NCBI GenBank assembly: GCA_002269645.1
Contig: NIVC01002802.1
Span: 1-64,000, forward strand
Source: Macrostomum lignano
Lineage: Eukaryota
Reading direction: 5' to 3'
Length of the DNA: 64,000 bases
The notes below the pieces were generated by a model, which worked only from the letters and a program-made list of their open reading frames with translations, was not told the DNA's origin and made no database searches. The translations under genes were made by a program, and so were the position numbers. Of the stretch, positions 12,805 to 22,725 are shown piece by piece; position 1 is the first letter of the stretch; every line of letters starts with the position of its first letter.

Positions 12805-15402
12805 CTTGAATCGGCTTGAACTAGCGGTGACTCACTACAGCGAAGGAATCTGCATCTACCCGATTCTGGAGGGCGGCTTACTGGATGACACCAACAGTCA
12901 CTACATCAGCTTGCCTACCGATTTTATTGCTTTCACTGAGGATAATTGCCTGCTGCTGTCTATGTGGGGCACCAGAATGAGCTTGTGAGTTGGACTTTTA
13001 TGGAGTCACGTGACATTGAATAGGGTCTTTTATGGAGTCACGTGACTTTGAATAGGGTCTTTTATGGAGTCACGTGACTTTGAATAGGGTCTTTTATGGA
13101 GTCACGTGACTTTGAATAGGGACTTTTATGGAGTCACGTGACTTTGAACAGGGTCTTTTATGGAGTCACGTGACTTTGAATAGGGTCTTTTATGGAGTCA
13201 CGTGACTTTGAATAGGGTCTTTTATGGAGTCACGTGACTTTGAATAGGGTCTTTTATGGAGTCCCGTGACGTTGAATAGGGTCTTCTATGGAGTCACGTG
13301 ACATTGAATAGGGTCTTTTACGGAGTCACGTGACTTTGAATAAAACCTTATGAGGTTGTTTAAGGTCATGCTATCTGAGATCAGGTAGAATCAGGAGTCA
13401 GTCAGGTGAGATCTGGGGTCAGTCAGTCAGATGAGATCTGGGCTCAGTCAGTCAGTCAGGTGAGATCTGGGGTCAGTCAGATTGCTTTTGAGGAAAATTC
13501 ATTTTCATTTATTGTTTTTATAATATGTGACTTATGATCTCTTTTTTGTGGAATTTCACGCCAGGTACAAATACGTGAGAACAGAGGAGGAGAGCTATCA
13601 CTACGGCGGCAGGTCACGTGACATGCCAATGTACATAGGCCGACTGGCTTTGGGCAACGTGGCTAAGTACACTGAGTACGTGTTCCACACTTACACGAGT
13701 TGCAATAGCGAATATGATTGCGTTAAACGGTTGAATTATCCGAGTTTGGATGGAGAACTGAAGATCGGGCTTGGTCAGATGTGTCGACCTTGGGACGTCT
13801 GCGCCTTCAACCAGATGCTGATGGTCACCGAGAGCATGCTGCATCAGGTGGGTTGGGAGTCGTGAGTAACGTAGGTATCTGGGTCAGGTGGTATCTGGGT
13901 CAGGTGGTATCTGGGTCAGGTGGTATCTGGGTCAGGTGGTATCTGGGTCAGGTGGTATGTGGGTCAGGTATAAGATCTGGGTCAGGAGGCATCTGGGTCA
14001 GGTATAAGATTTGGGTCAGGTATAGGATCTGGGTCAGGTATAGGATCTGGGTCAGGTATCGGATCTGGGTCAGGTATAGGATCTGGGTCAGGTATAGGAT
14101 CTGGTTCAGGTATAGGATCTGGGTCAGCCATAAGATCTGGGTCAGATATAAGATCTGGGTTCTAATCTGATCTGCTGTAATTTCATCCAGGACGACACGG
14201 ACCACAGCACCCCGTGGGGTCTGCAGCTGTACCACCTGCCAATACAGCCACTGCAGTTGTCAACTCTCACCCCGTTTCTTACTCTCGGAGTTGTGCCGTC
14301 AGTGAAAGCAACTCAGCATCTGGGAAAGCAGCTGGCTCCAACTAGGGATATTCACAGCGGACCTAACTACGTGACCTACGCCGAGCGGCTTCACACCATA
14401 TTCACGTCTTCGCAGGTTAGATTAAAATTTTCTCCCGAACGTACATATCACCTGACCCTACATCTCACCTGTCCTTGGATCTCACGTGACCTTGGATCTC
14501 ACCTGACCTTGGATCTCACCTGACCCTAGATCTTACAGCTGACCCTAGATCTCACCTGACCCTAGATCTCACCTTGACTGACCCCAGATCTCACCTTGAC
14601 TGACCCCAGATCTCACCTTGACTGACCCCAGATCTCACCTTGATTGACCCCAGATCTCATCTTGACTGACGGACCCCAGATCTCACCTGACTGACTGACT
14701 GACCCCAGATCTCACCTGACTGACTGACTGACCCCAGATCTCACCTGACTGACTGACTGACCCCAGATCTCACCTGACTGACTGACTGATCCCAGATCTC
14801 ATCTTGATTGACCCCAGATCTCATCTTGACTGACTGACCCCAGATCTCACCTGACTGACTGACTGACCCCAGATCTCACCTGACTGACTGACCCCAGATC
14901 GCACGTTGATTGACCCCAGATCGCACGTTGATTGACCCCAGATCGCACGTTGATTGACCCCAGATCTCACCTGACTGACTGACCCCAGATTTCACCTGAC
15001 TGACGGACCCCTCGATCTCAACTGATATCTCACCTGAAATCTCACCTCAATCCAGAGTGACCGCTTAACCTGACTAAAAATAATTTGTCTTGCTTTCTTC
15101 TCGATTACTAAAAAAGTAGGTGTCAATTATTGATCATAAATCAACAGGAGAACTACACAATCGGATTTCACAAGCTGTCAACTCAGAAATATTCTAGCGG
15201 CAGCAACCTCGTGTGCAGCAGGTCCAGCTACATAAGCCTGTTGCCGGATGAAAAAAATGACTTGAAATTGGCCACCAGAGTAAAGCCGGGGCCCATGGCC
15301 TGGGACGGACACAACAATGTGCTGTTCGTGGCTGCTCAGCATCCCGATGAACCGGTTGTCAAGAGGAACTGCATCTACTGTTTTCAGCCGGTGTTTAACT
15401 AA
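12805..15402 (+). CDS. 3' portion of a spliced gene, probable NHL/6-bladed beta-propeller protein of unknown function
   Basis: Exons 12805-12984, 13565-13847, 14191-14415 and 15148-15402 (stop TAA). All introns are GT-AG and the phases join (2, 0, 0), giving about 313 aa. NHL-like blade motifs: RPWDVCAFNQMLMVTE, TPWGLQLY, PGPMAWDGHNNVLFVA. Exon structure is solid; the product is inference. Confidence 0.7.
12995..13345 (+). repeat. 32-bp minisatellite GGGTCTTTTATGGAGTCACGTGACTTTGAATA, about 11 copies (intron)
   Basis: Read directly; nearly every unit contains the palindrome GTCACGTGAC. Confidence 0.95.
13380..14170 (+). repeat. GTCAGGT(GAG/GGT/ATAGG)ATCTGG arrays in two introns (13380-13480 and 13876-14170)
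   Basis: Read directly; the intervening 13565-13847 is exon. Confidence 0.9.
14445..15050 (-). repeat. CCCCAGATCTCACCTGACTGAC array, the reverse complement of the 13380-14170 family
   Basis: 14695-14730 is the exact 36-nt reverse complement of 13445-13480. Confidence 0.9.
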
Positions 15403-15636
15403 TTAAAACAAAAAAGTTAATGTGACTTTTGTTGGAATGAATGCTCTCTAAAGCTTGACTTGTTGTTTCTAAAATTTGTTCTTCGAGAGAGCTGCTGCTC
15501 TCTGCTGCTGCTCTCTGAATGTGCTGCTGCTGAAAAATTGGAGTACAGCTTCAAGTTGACCATGTTACGTTTCTAAGTTTCCTCAACAGCTACTTTGGCG
15601 CCACCACTGCTGGTACGTCCCGACGATACTATGACA

Positions 15637-16350
15637 AGATGGCGCCCCCAAAATCTCACCGATAGCGCCCTCAAAATCTCCCCGATTTCACCCCCAAAAT
15701 CTCATCGATGTCACTCCCAAATCTCACCGATGGCGACCCCAAAATCTCATCGATTTCACCCCCGAAATCTCATCGATGTCACCCCCAAATCTCACCGATG
15801 GCGACCCCAAAATCTCATCGATGGCGCCCTCAAAATCTCGCCAATCGCGACCCCAAAATCTAATCGATGTCACCCCCAAAATCTCATCGGTGTCACCCCC
15901 AAAATCTCATCGGTGTCACCCCCAAATCTCACCGATGGCGACCCCAAAATCTCATCGGTGTCACCCCAAAATCTCGCCAATGGCGACCCCAAAATCTCAT
16001 CGATTTCACCCCCGAAATCTCATCGATGTCACCCCCAAATCTCACCGATGGCGACCCCAAAATCTCATCGATGGCGCCCTCAAAATCTCGCTAATCGCGA
16101 CCCCAAAATCTCATCGATGTCACCCCCAAAATCTCATCGGTGTCACCCCCAAAATCTCACCAATGTCACCCACAAAATCTCATCGATGTCACCCCCAAAA
16201 TCTCATCGATGTCACTCCCAAAATCTCATCGATGCCTACCCCAAAATCTCATCGATGGCGCTCCCAAAATCTCATCAATGGCGCCCCCAAAAATCTCATC
16301 AATGGCGCCCCCCAAAATCTCCATGATGTCGCCCCCAAAATCTCGCCGAT
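15637..16350 (+). repeat. About 21-22-bp degenerate minisatellite (CCCCAAAATCTCATCGATG(T/G)C..)
   Basis: Read directly; accounts for ORFs 15595-16326 and 15776-16441. Confidence 0.9.
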
Positions 16351-17069
16351 GAAGCCTCTAAGATGGCGCTCTAGGTTGACGCTCCACTATGGTCACTCCT
16401 ATGTGGTGCCTCCCTCCTCCGCAACAAAAAATCCTGTTTGAACTCCCGTCTTCTCTTCGATAAATAACTGATTTCTTATATCTTTATTTGCAATCAATTA
16501 GTCTTTTTTGACAGTTGCATTGTGTACCAAACCCTAGCGGATTTACTATGAAGGCAATGCACCGTTTTGGATAGGTAGTACATTAGCTAGCATTTATCTG
16601 TCGCTTTGATCAAAAGGCCTACCTAGGCAGACTATAATGAATATTCGGCCCCTGTTTTACATTCAATTTCGCTTGTTGAACCGCAACGTTTGCCAAGATT
16701 CGCAAAGATTCGTTCCCATGCTGGCAAAAAGGCCGGCCGGTTTAGTATAAACAAAGCCACTAAATGTCATTCAATTCCTTTGCTGCTTTGACCTTCTTCA
16801 GGCTATTTATTTAGATAGAAACCATTGACAAGCTAAGAAATTTATATGTATTAGGCTCCGCTCCCGCGTTATTCGAGCTGAAAATTATACAGTTCGGCTG
16901 AGGTCACGTGAATGCGAGTCACGATCACGACTGGCTGCCAATACGAATCCCGGGGGTGGCCATGGCAAGAAGCCTGCGCAAAAATAAATGCCTGACTCGT
17001 GGGACTCCCTTGACAAGACGCTCTCCAACTTACTGGCGTTGAAATCTGCATAGAAAATCAACACAGGGA

Positions 17070-20030
17070 ATGAAGTTCAATAGGAAGTGTACTTACACTC
17101 CTCGACCTTCGGAGTCAGTCCAGGGCACGATGTCCATCGATGGAAACGAATCCGACGTCAAAGGCGTGTTCCTGTCGATGAAACGGTTGCTGGGAATATC
17201 AGGTGTTGTACTTTTGTGCGTAATAATCATTCCCATTATTGTGTACTACGCCAAGCCCGGATGCACTGCTGGTGCTAGGCAGCTGCAAGTCGATCAAGCC
17301 ACCACAGCAGCCCTGGGCACCCAGCTGCCACCAGTGAAAGACGTTAGACTACCATTGACAGTGAAGCCGATCCACTACAACTTGATCCTGGCGCCTTTCA
17401 TTTACTCCAACAACGCTAGCGAGTTCTATTTCACTGGCAGTGTGAACATCTCTGTCGCGGTGCACAGCAGTACCACAAACTTCAAGCTGCACTCGCACAA
17501 ACTACAGATACAGACTCCTCGTGTTGTGGATAGCACTGGAAACAGTGTCGCTGTGGCTTCTGTGGAAGAAGACTTTGCTAGACAGTGGCAGAGCATCACC
17601 ATGTCAGAGCCACTGCAAGCCGGTACCAACTACACAATTATCGTCGACAGATTTCGAGGCCCTCTTGAGCGAGATTTGAGCGGAATTTATCTGAGTAGTT
17701 ACAAGGAACTGGGAATAGAAAAATATCTTGTAGCGTCGCAGATGCAGGCCACCGATGCTAGAAAGACTTTTCCCTGCTTTGACGAGCCGGCATTTAAAGC
17801 GACATTCGCTGTGAGCATCGTCAGGCACCAGAACTTCAAGGCGGCCAGCAACATGCCCACAATGTCTTCAAAGCATGTGCTTGCCAGCGACTGGTTTGTT
17901 TCGGCTTCGGGCTCCGAGAGAATGATTAAGGAGGACTTCAGAACCACGCCTAGAATGTCTACGTATCTTCTCGCCATCCTTGTGTCGCAGTTTGACTACA
18001 CCTACACCACGGATACCAAAAACCGAGTTTACGGCACCTGGGCTCGACCTGACAGGGCCACGTCAACTGAGTGCGCAAAAAGTATTGCTAAAAACATCAC
18101 CGCGTTTTACGAGCGCTACTTTGACATTGAATATCCGCTGCCGAAAATCGACCAGGCAACCATACCGGACTTCAGCGCTGGAGCCATGGAGAACTGGGGC
18201 CTCATTATGTACCGCGAGGCCTACCTGGTCTGCGATCGTTCGATAGACAAGTCGACCTACTTGCAGCTGACTGTGGCGATCATCTCTCACGAGCTCGGGC
18301 ACATGTGGTTCGGCAATCTGGTCACGCCCGATTGGTGGGACGACATCTGGCTTAACGAGGGTTTCGCCTCGTTCGTGGAAGTTCTCGCCATGGACCAGCT
18401 GCACCCGGACTGGGACGTGGACGCGCAGTTTGTAGTTGACGATCTGAAACGAGGTCTGCAATCGGATAGCGTACAATCCAGCCATCCGATCTATGTCGAG
18501 GTCAACCATCCAGATGAGGTAAACGAGATTTTCGACACCATCACCTACAGCAAGGGCAGCTCGGTGCTGAGGATGCTGTACAACTCAGTGGGAGATTCGA
18601 TATTCCGAATTGGTGTGAGCAAGTATCTCAAGCAGTACAATTACTCAAATACGTTTCACACGGCGCTGTACCAGAGCCTAACCAGCGAAGCCAGGGCTAG
18701 CGGTCGGAATATCGATGTCGGAGAGTTCATGGACAGGTGGATCAAACAAATGGGCTATCCAGTGATAAGCTGCACTCGGCATAGCAACGAGATATTGCTC
18801 TCTCAAAAGCATTTCCTGATCTCTTCAAGCGATGCTCCTACTTATGGGAAGACCTATTCAAGTCCATTCGACTACACCTGGATTATCCCAATCACCGCTG
18901 CGACAAGCGAGAACATCAGCAGCTGGAACGGCTCTCAGGTGTCTCATCTGGTGCACTGGATGCGTGAAAAATCGCAGAAATTCTCCATCAACTCAACCAG
19001 CTGGTATCTGCTAAATCTGAGATCTACCGGATTCTACCGAGTCAACTACGATGCGGGCAACTGGGACGCGCTCATCAATCAGCTGCTGCTGAACCATTCC
19101 GTCTTCACGCCGCAAGACCGAGCCCGATTAATTGACGACAGCTTCGCACTGGCGATGGTGGGACAGATCAGCTACTCAATTCCTTTGAATATGACAAAAT
19201 ATATGAAAAATGAACGGCATTACGCCCCCTGGAATTCAGTGTTAAGCAGTCTATCCTACATCTACTCGATGCTGCACAGGCAATCACCACAATACGGGAC
19301 GTTCAGCGCCTACATGAAGTCGCTTATATTGCCAATCTACAACCGCACCGGAGTTGCTCAGGCCGTTTCGGACTCTCATTTGACCAGAATAACACGAGAG
19401 AAAATTGTAAAGGCAGCGTGTCGCTACGGCATCAAGCAGTGCGCTCAGTACGCACAGGCCGAGTTCCAGCGCTACGTCAGCTCGAACTTCACCGACAAAA
19501 TCGTGCCCGACATTCGCTACACGGTGATGTGCAGAGGAGTCGCCATGTCGGATGCGGAAGTTTGGGATAACCTGTACGACGCGATGCTCAGAGAGACGAG
19601 TCCGGGAGTCCAGAACGACATTCTCAAAGCCCTGGCCTGCACCAGAGAGCCCTGGCTGCTCAATCGCTACCTGCTCTACACGCTCGATGACGGGAAAATC
19701 CGCAGACAAGACGCCGCGCTGGTCGTATCGAGCGTGGCCTCGAACCCCATGGGCTTGCAGATCATGTGGGACTTTCTCAGAGACAGCTGGTCAAGCATCC
19801 AGGCACGGCAGGTCGGCATTTTCTCCTTGGCCAGGTACGCCTCCAGCTTGGGCGGCTTCAACTCGCCAGAGAGACTTCGCGAGATCCGGGAGTTCCTGGC
19901 TGCCAACTCGAACAGCCTGGCCAGCGCTGTCCGCGCCTTCGACAACGCGTTGGAGTCGGTGAGAAACAATGTCAGGTGGATGACAGACTGCCTGCCAGCC
20001 GTTATGGACTGGCTGAACTCGCAGCCCTAG
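17070..20030 (+). CDS. Intronless M1 family zinc aminopeptidase (aminopeptidase N-like, type II membrane), 986 aa
   Basis: Single ORF with an N-terminal signal anchor (LLGISGVVLLCVIIIPIIVYY), GAMEN, HELGH-x18-E (WLNEGFA), catalytic Tyr in YSKGSSVLRML and an ERAP1-like C-terminal region. AATAAA near 20360. Exact orthology not assigned. Confidence 0.95.
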   Translation: MKFNRKCTYTPRPSESVQGTMSIDGNESDVKGVFLSMKRLLGISGVVLLCVIIIPIIVYYAKPGCTAGARQLQVDQATTAALGTQLPPVKDVRLPLTVKPIHYNLILAPFIYSNNASEFYFTGSVNISVAVHSSTTNFKLHSHKLQIQTPRVVDSTGNSVAVASVEEDFARQWQSITMSEPLQAGTNYTIIVDRFRGPLERDLSGIYLSSYKELGIEKYLVASQMQATDARKTFPCFDEPAFKATFAVSIVRHQNFKAASNMPTMSSKHVLASDWFVSASGSERMIKEDFRTTPRMSTYLLAILVSQFDYTYTTDTKNRVYGTWARPDRATSTECAKSIAKNITAFYERYFDIEYPLPKIDQATIPDFSAGAMENWGLIMYREAYLVCDRSIDKSTYLQLTVAIISHELGHMWFGNLVTPDWWDDIWLNEGFASFVEVLAMDQLHPDWDVDAQFVVDDLKRGLQSDSVQSSHPIYVEVNHPDEVNEIFDTITYSKGSSVLRMLYNSVGDSIFRIGVSKYLKQYNYSNTFHTALYQSLTSEARASGRNIDVGEFMDRWIKQMGYPVISCTRHSNEILLSQKHFLISSSDAPTYGKTYSSPFDYTWIIPITAATSENISSWNGSQVSHLVHWMREKSQKFSINSTSWYLLNLRSTGFYRVNYDAGNWDALINQLLLNHSVFTPQDRARLIDDSFALAMVGQISYSIPLNMTKYMKNERHYAPWNSVLSSLSYIYSMLHRQSPQYGTFSAYMKSLILPIYNRTGVAQAVSDSHLTRITREKIVKAACRYGIKQCAQYAQAEFQRYVSSNFTDKIVPDIRYTVMCRGVAMSDAEVWDNLYDAMLRETSPGVQNDILKALACTREPWLLNRYLLYTLDDGKIRRQDAALVVSSVASNPMGLQIMWDFLRDSWSSIQARQVGIFSLARYASSLGGFNSPERLREIREFLAANSNSLASAVRAFDNALESVRNNVRWMTDCLPAVMDWLNSQP

Positions 20031-20516
20031 TGCTGAGCGAGTGCTGACTGGACGATTGAATGCACAACCTCACATTTTATTTGTTCGATTGACCAATTTT
20101 ACAGTGTCTAAAATGCACCTTTAGAGCACAAGGAACTGGTGGCATTCCTCACGTAAGACTCAAGCCGAGATGTTGCTATTAGTCATGCCTGTAGCCTGTA
20201 ATGAAATGTTCTTTGTAATTCTGATCAAACTAGCTTAGAAATTAATCCTCACTGTTCACCTCCGTATTGCTGTTTATTTTGCACCATATTGTGTGCCATC
20301 ATTTAATCAAACATTTAAATTATTTGAAACCGTTTATGTCATACCGCTTAATAGAACTAAATAAAACTCATCTTTGCAAGAAAATACATTAGCCAGTAAA
20401 ACAAACTACTTTTACCTGACTTTTTCAGCTTACAGACAGTCTAGTGGTTGAAATTAGCAGAGGTTACTTTTTTAGTGAGCCGGACGCCATCTTCAGGACA
20501 GCGGGTGGCACACCAG

Positions 20517-20650
20517 CAAGCCAGACACAAAGCCAGACACAAAGCCAGACACAAAGCCAGACACAAAGCCAGACACAAAGCCAGACACAGAGCCAGACAC
20601 AAAGCCAGACACCAATCCAGACACAAAGCCAGACACAAAGCCAGACATCA
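20517..20650 (+). repeat. 12-bp tandem repeat AGCCAGACACAA
   Basis: Read directly. Confidence 0.95.
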
Positions 20651-20980
20651 GGGAGACTCCCATGTCTAACAGGAGACTCCCATGTCTAACAGGACACCAC
20701 CATATCTAACAGCGTAAGTGTGTATTCAGTTTAAAACCATACTCTGCTACCTAGAGTAGTCTCAAAAGTGTCTCCCACCAAGTTCGGTCCCAATAAAAGC
20801 AGAAATGCGGTTTTATTCTCATTTTCCTGCTCAAAACAGCGGCGCCCCGCTGAGGTGGCTGAGCAGCCCCTCATGCCCCGCCATTGTCTCAGTTCAATGC
20901 CATGCGAAGCCACTGCAAACACTTATTTATGTGCATTGCACAGTGCACTGAGTGAGAACAGACTCAAGTATCTGCCAGCA

Positions 20981-21286
20981 TCATTGATGCAGCATCAGCT
21001 GTTCAAAAGAGATGCACAGAATGGCTGATGCTCGTTCGAACTCACTTTTGTGCAGATGAAGCAACCAGCCGTACCACCCAGCCTCCAGGTGAGCACATTG
21101 CTCAGCTGTCCACAGACTTCTCTGCGTCTCTCCGAGCTCGAGTCTCCCCCGTTGCCATGGCAACTGGAGCAGCTCTGCAGCGTCTGTGCAGTTAAGGGCT
21201 CTGCACATCTCCTGCTCACTGCGTGAGAGGCCGAGCCGTGAGGCAGCCTCAGACCTCATGACACTCTGCAAGCCCTTTGAAAACAA
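20981..21286 (-). pseudogene. Possible degenerate fragment paralogous to the N-terminus of the ankyrin-kinase
   Basis: EQEMCRALNCTDAAELLQL aligns by eye with ERKLRAALEAGDSEELQRL. A second frame has GDSSSERRREVCGQLSNVLTWRLGG versus GDSEELQRLCGEVGSNIELEVGG. Weak. Confidence 0.25.
21151..21164. promoter_or_regulatory. Perfect palindromic RFX X-box GTTGCCATGGCAAC
   Basis: Exact match to the established RFX consensus; function untested. Confidence 0.3.
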
Positions 21287-21399
21287 TGGCCAGCTTCACT
21301 GCATGCCCGCTTCATCAGCTCTGCCTTCCCCACACTGTTGTGTGCATTGCATTGAGTGAGGCTCAGAAATGATGCTGCGAAATATTGAAATATGAAATG

Positions 21400-21849
21400 G
21401 GACACAGCGGGTCACGGCAAGTCAGGACACAGCGGGTCACGGCAAGTCAGGACACAGCGGGTCACGGCAGGTCAGGACAAAGCGGGTCACGGCAAGTCAG
21501 GACACAGTGGGTCACGGCAGGTCAGGACACAGCGGGTCACGGCAAGTCAGGACACAGCGGGTCACGGCAAGTCAGGACACAGAGGGTCACGGCAAGTCAG
21601 GACACAGCGGGTCACGGCAAGTCAGGACACAGCGGGTCACGGCAAGTCAGGACACAGCGGGTCACGGCAAGTCAGGACACAGCGGGTCACGGCAAGTCAG
21701 GACACAGCGGGTCACGGCAAGTCAGGACACAGCGGGTCACGGCAAGTCAGGACACAGCGGGTCACGGCAAGTCAGGACACAGCGGGTCACGGCAAGTCAG
21801 GACACAGCGGGTCACGACAAGTCAGGACACAGCGGGTCACGGCAAGTCA
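21400..21849 (+). repeat. 25-bp minisatellite GACACAGCGGGTCACGGCAAGTCAG, about 18 copies
   Basis: Read directly; explains three overlapping repeat ORFs. Confidence 0.95.
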
Positions 21850-22725
21850 AACGGTGTCTGTATATTTAACTGAGAACTCTTGAGTAAGCACTGGACTTCC
21901 TGCTCCAACAGTTATAAAAAGTCAGTCCAAAAATCAAATACAAAAATCAGTGCCGGAAAAAGCTCTAAACCGGTGGCTGAAAATGTGAAAAATTCTCGGC
22001 AAGAGAAAATCTGCAGTAGGCATTGAGCAGTCTGAGCAGATTGGGGAAATTGTGATTGGCCTTGTGCCAGAGTTTTAAAATCAACATTGATTAGCTTAAA
22101 ACTGGAATAACACTCGAGTCAGCACAAAAATGTCTCATTGATTGAAAGGAGCAACCGGTAAAACAAACCCGGCAGTCAAAAAAAAATTAAATCGGGGCCG
22201 AATAATAAAAACTGTGATTGGATAATTAATCCGGGCATCGGGTGGCAGCAGGCATGACAGTTTATTAAACAAAGGATGTAATTAGATAAAGAAACAATGC
22301 AACCAGTTAAACAAAATGGACGCAAGTAACATGAAATTTTTTGTCAAAAAGTAAGACTCTGAGGTTCAGGTTTAAGTTAAGCTCCGCTAAAACAAGGAAC
22401 AGGCCACCCAGTCTTATAAAAGTTAGGTTCCAAAAATATTTGAATTTTCACTGCCGACAACTGCCCAACGTTATTGCAGTTTAAGGATAAACAAATGATA
22501 AATGCCTCAGGTTCATTGGAAGACCCAATTGATATGCAGATCAGCTCAGACCCCAGGTTAGCTGCATTGACTACCAAAATTCTTCACTTGTGCCCCAGTA
22601 ACAGAAAAAGGAACTTTGATGCAAAAAAATGACAAAAAGCAAACTCCGTAATTAACAGACAGCATTCGGCAAAATCGTCCGCTTCAAGAGTCGCTCCTCT
22701 CCCTCACAGCCCGTCGCTCTCGCAG

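Noticed and set aside
15595-16441. Repeat-protein ORFs (PKSHRCHPQ...), and likewise those at 21385-21883, 28207-30088, 41029-41664, 48414-48986, 57866-58736 and 61786-62506
   Set aside because: They are open in several frames at once because the unit lacks stops; unit length is mostly not a multiple of 3, or the array is intronic.
17087-20047. Small overlapping and antisense ORFs within the aminopeptidase, kinase and talin exons
   Set aside because: Shadow ORFs from GC3-rich codon usage; many use TTG/GTG starts not relevant to a eukaryote.
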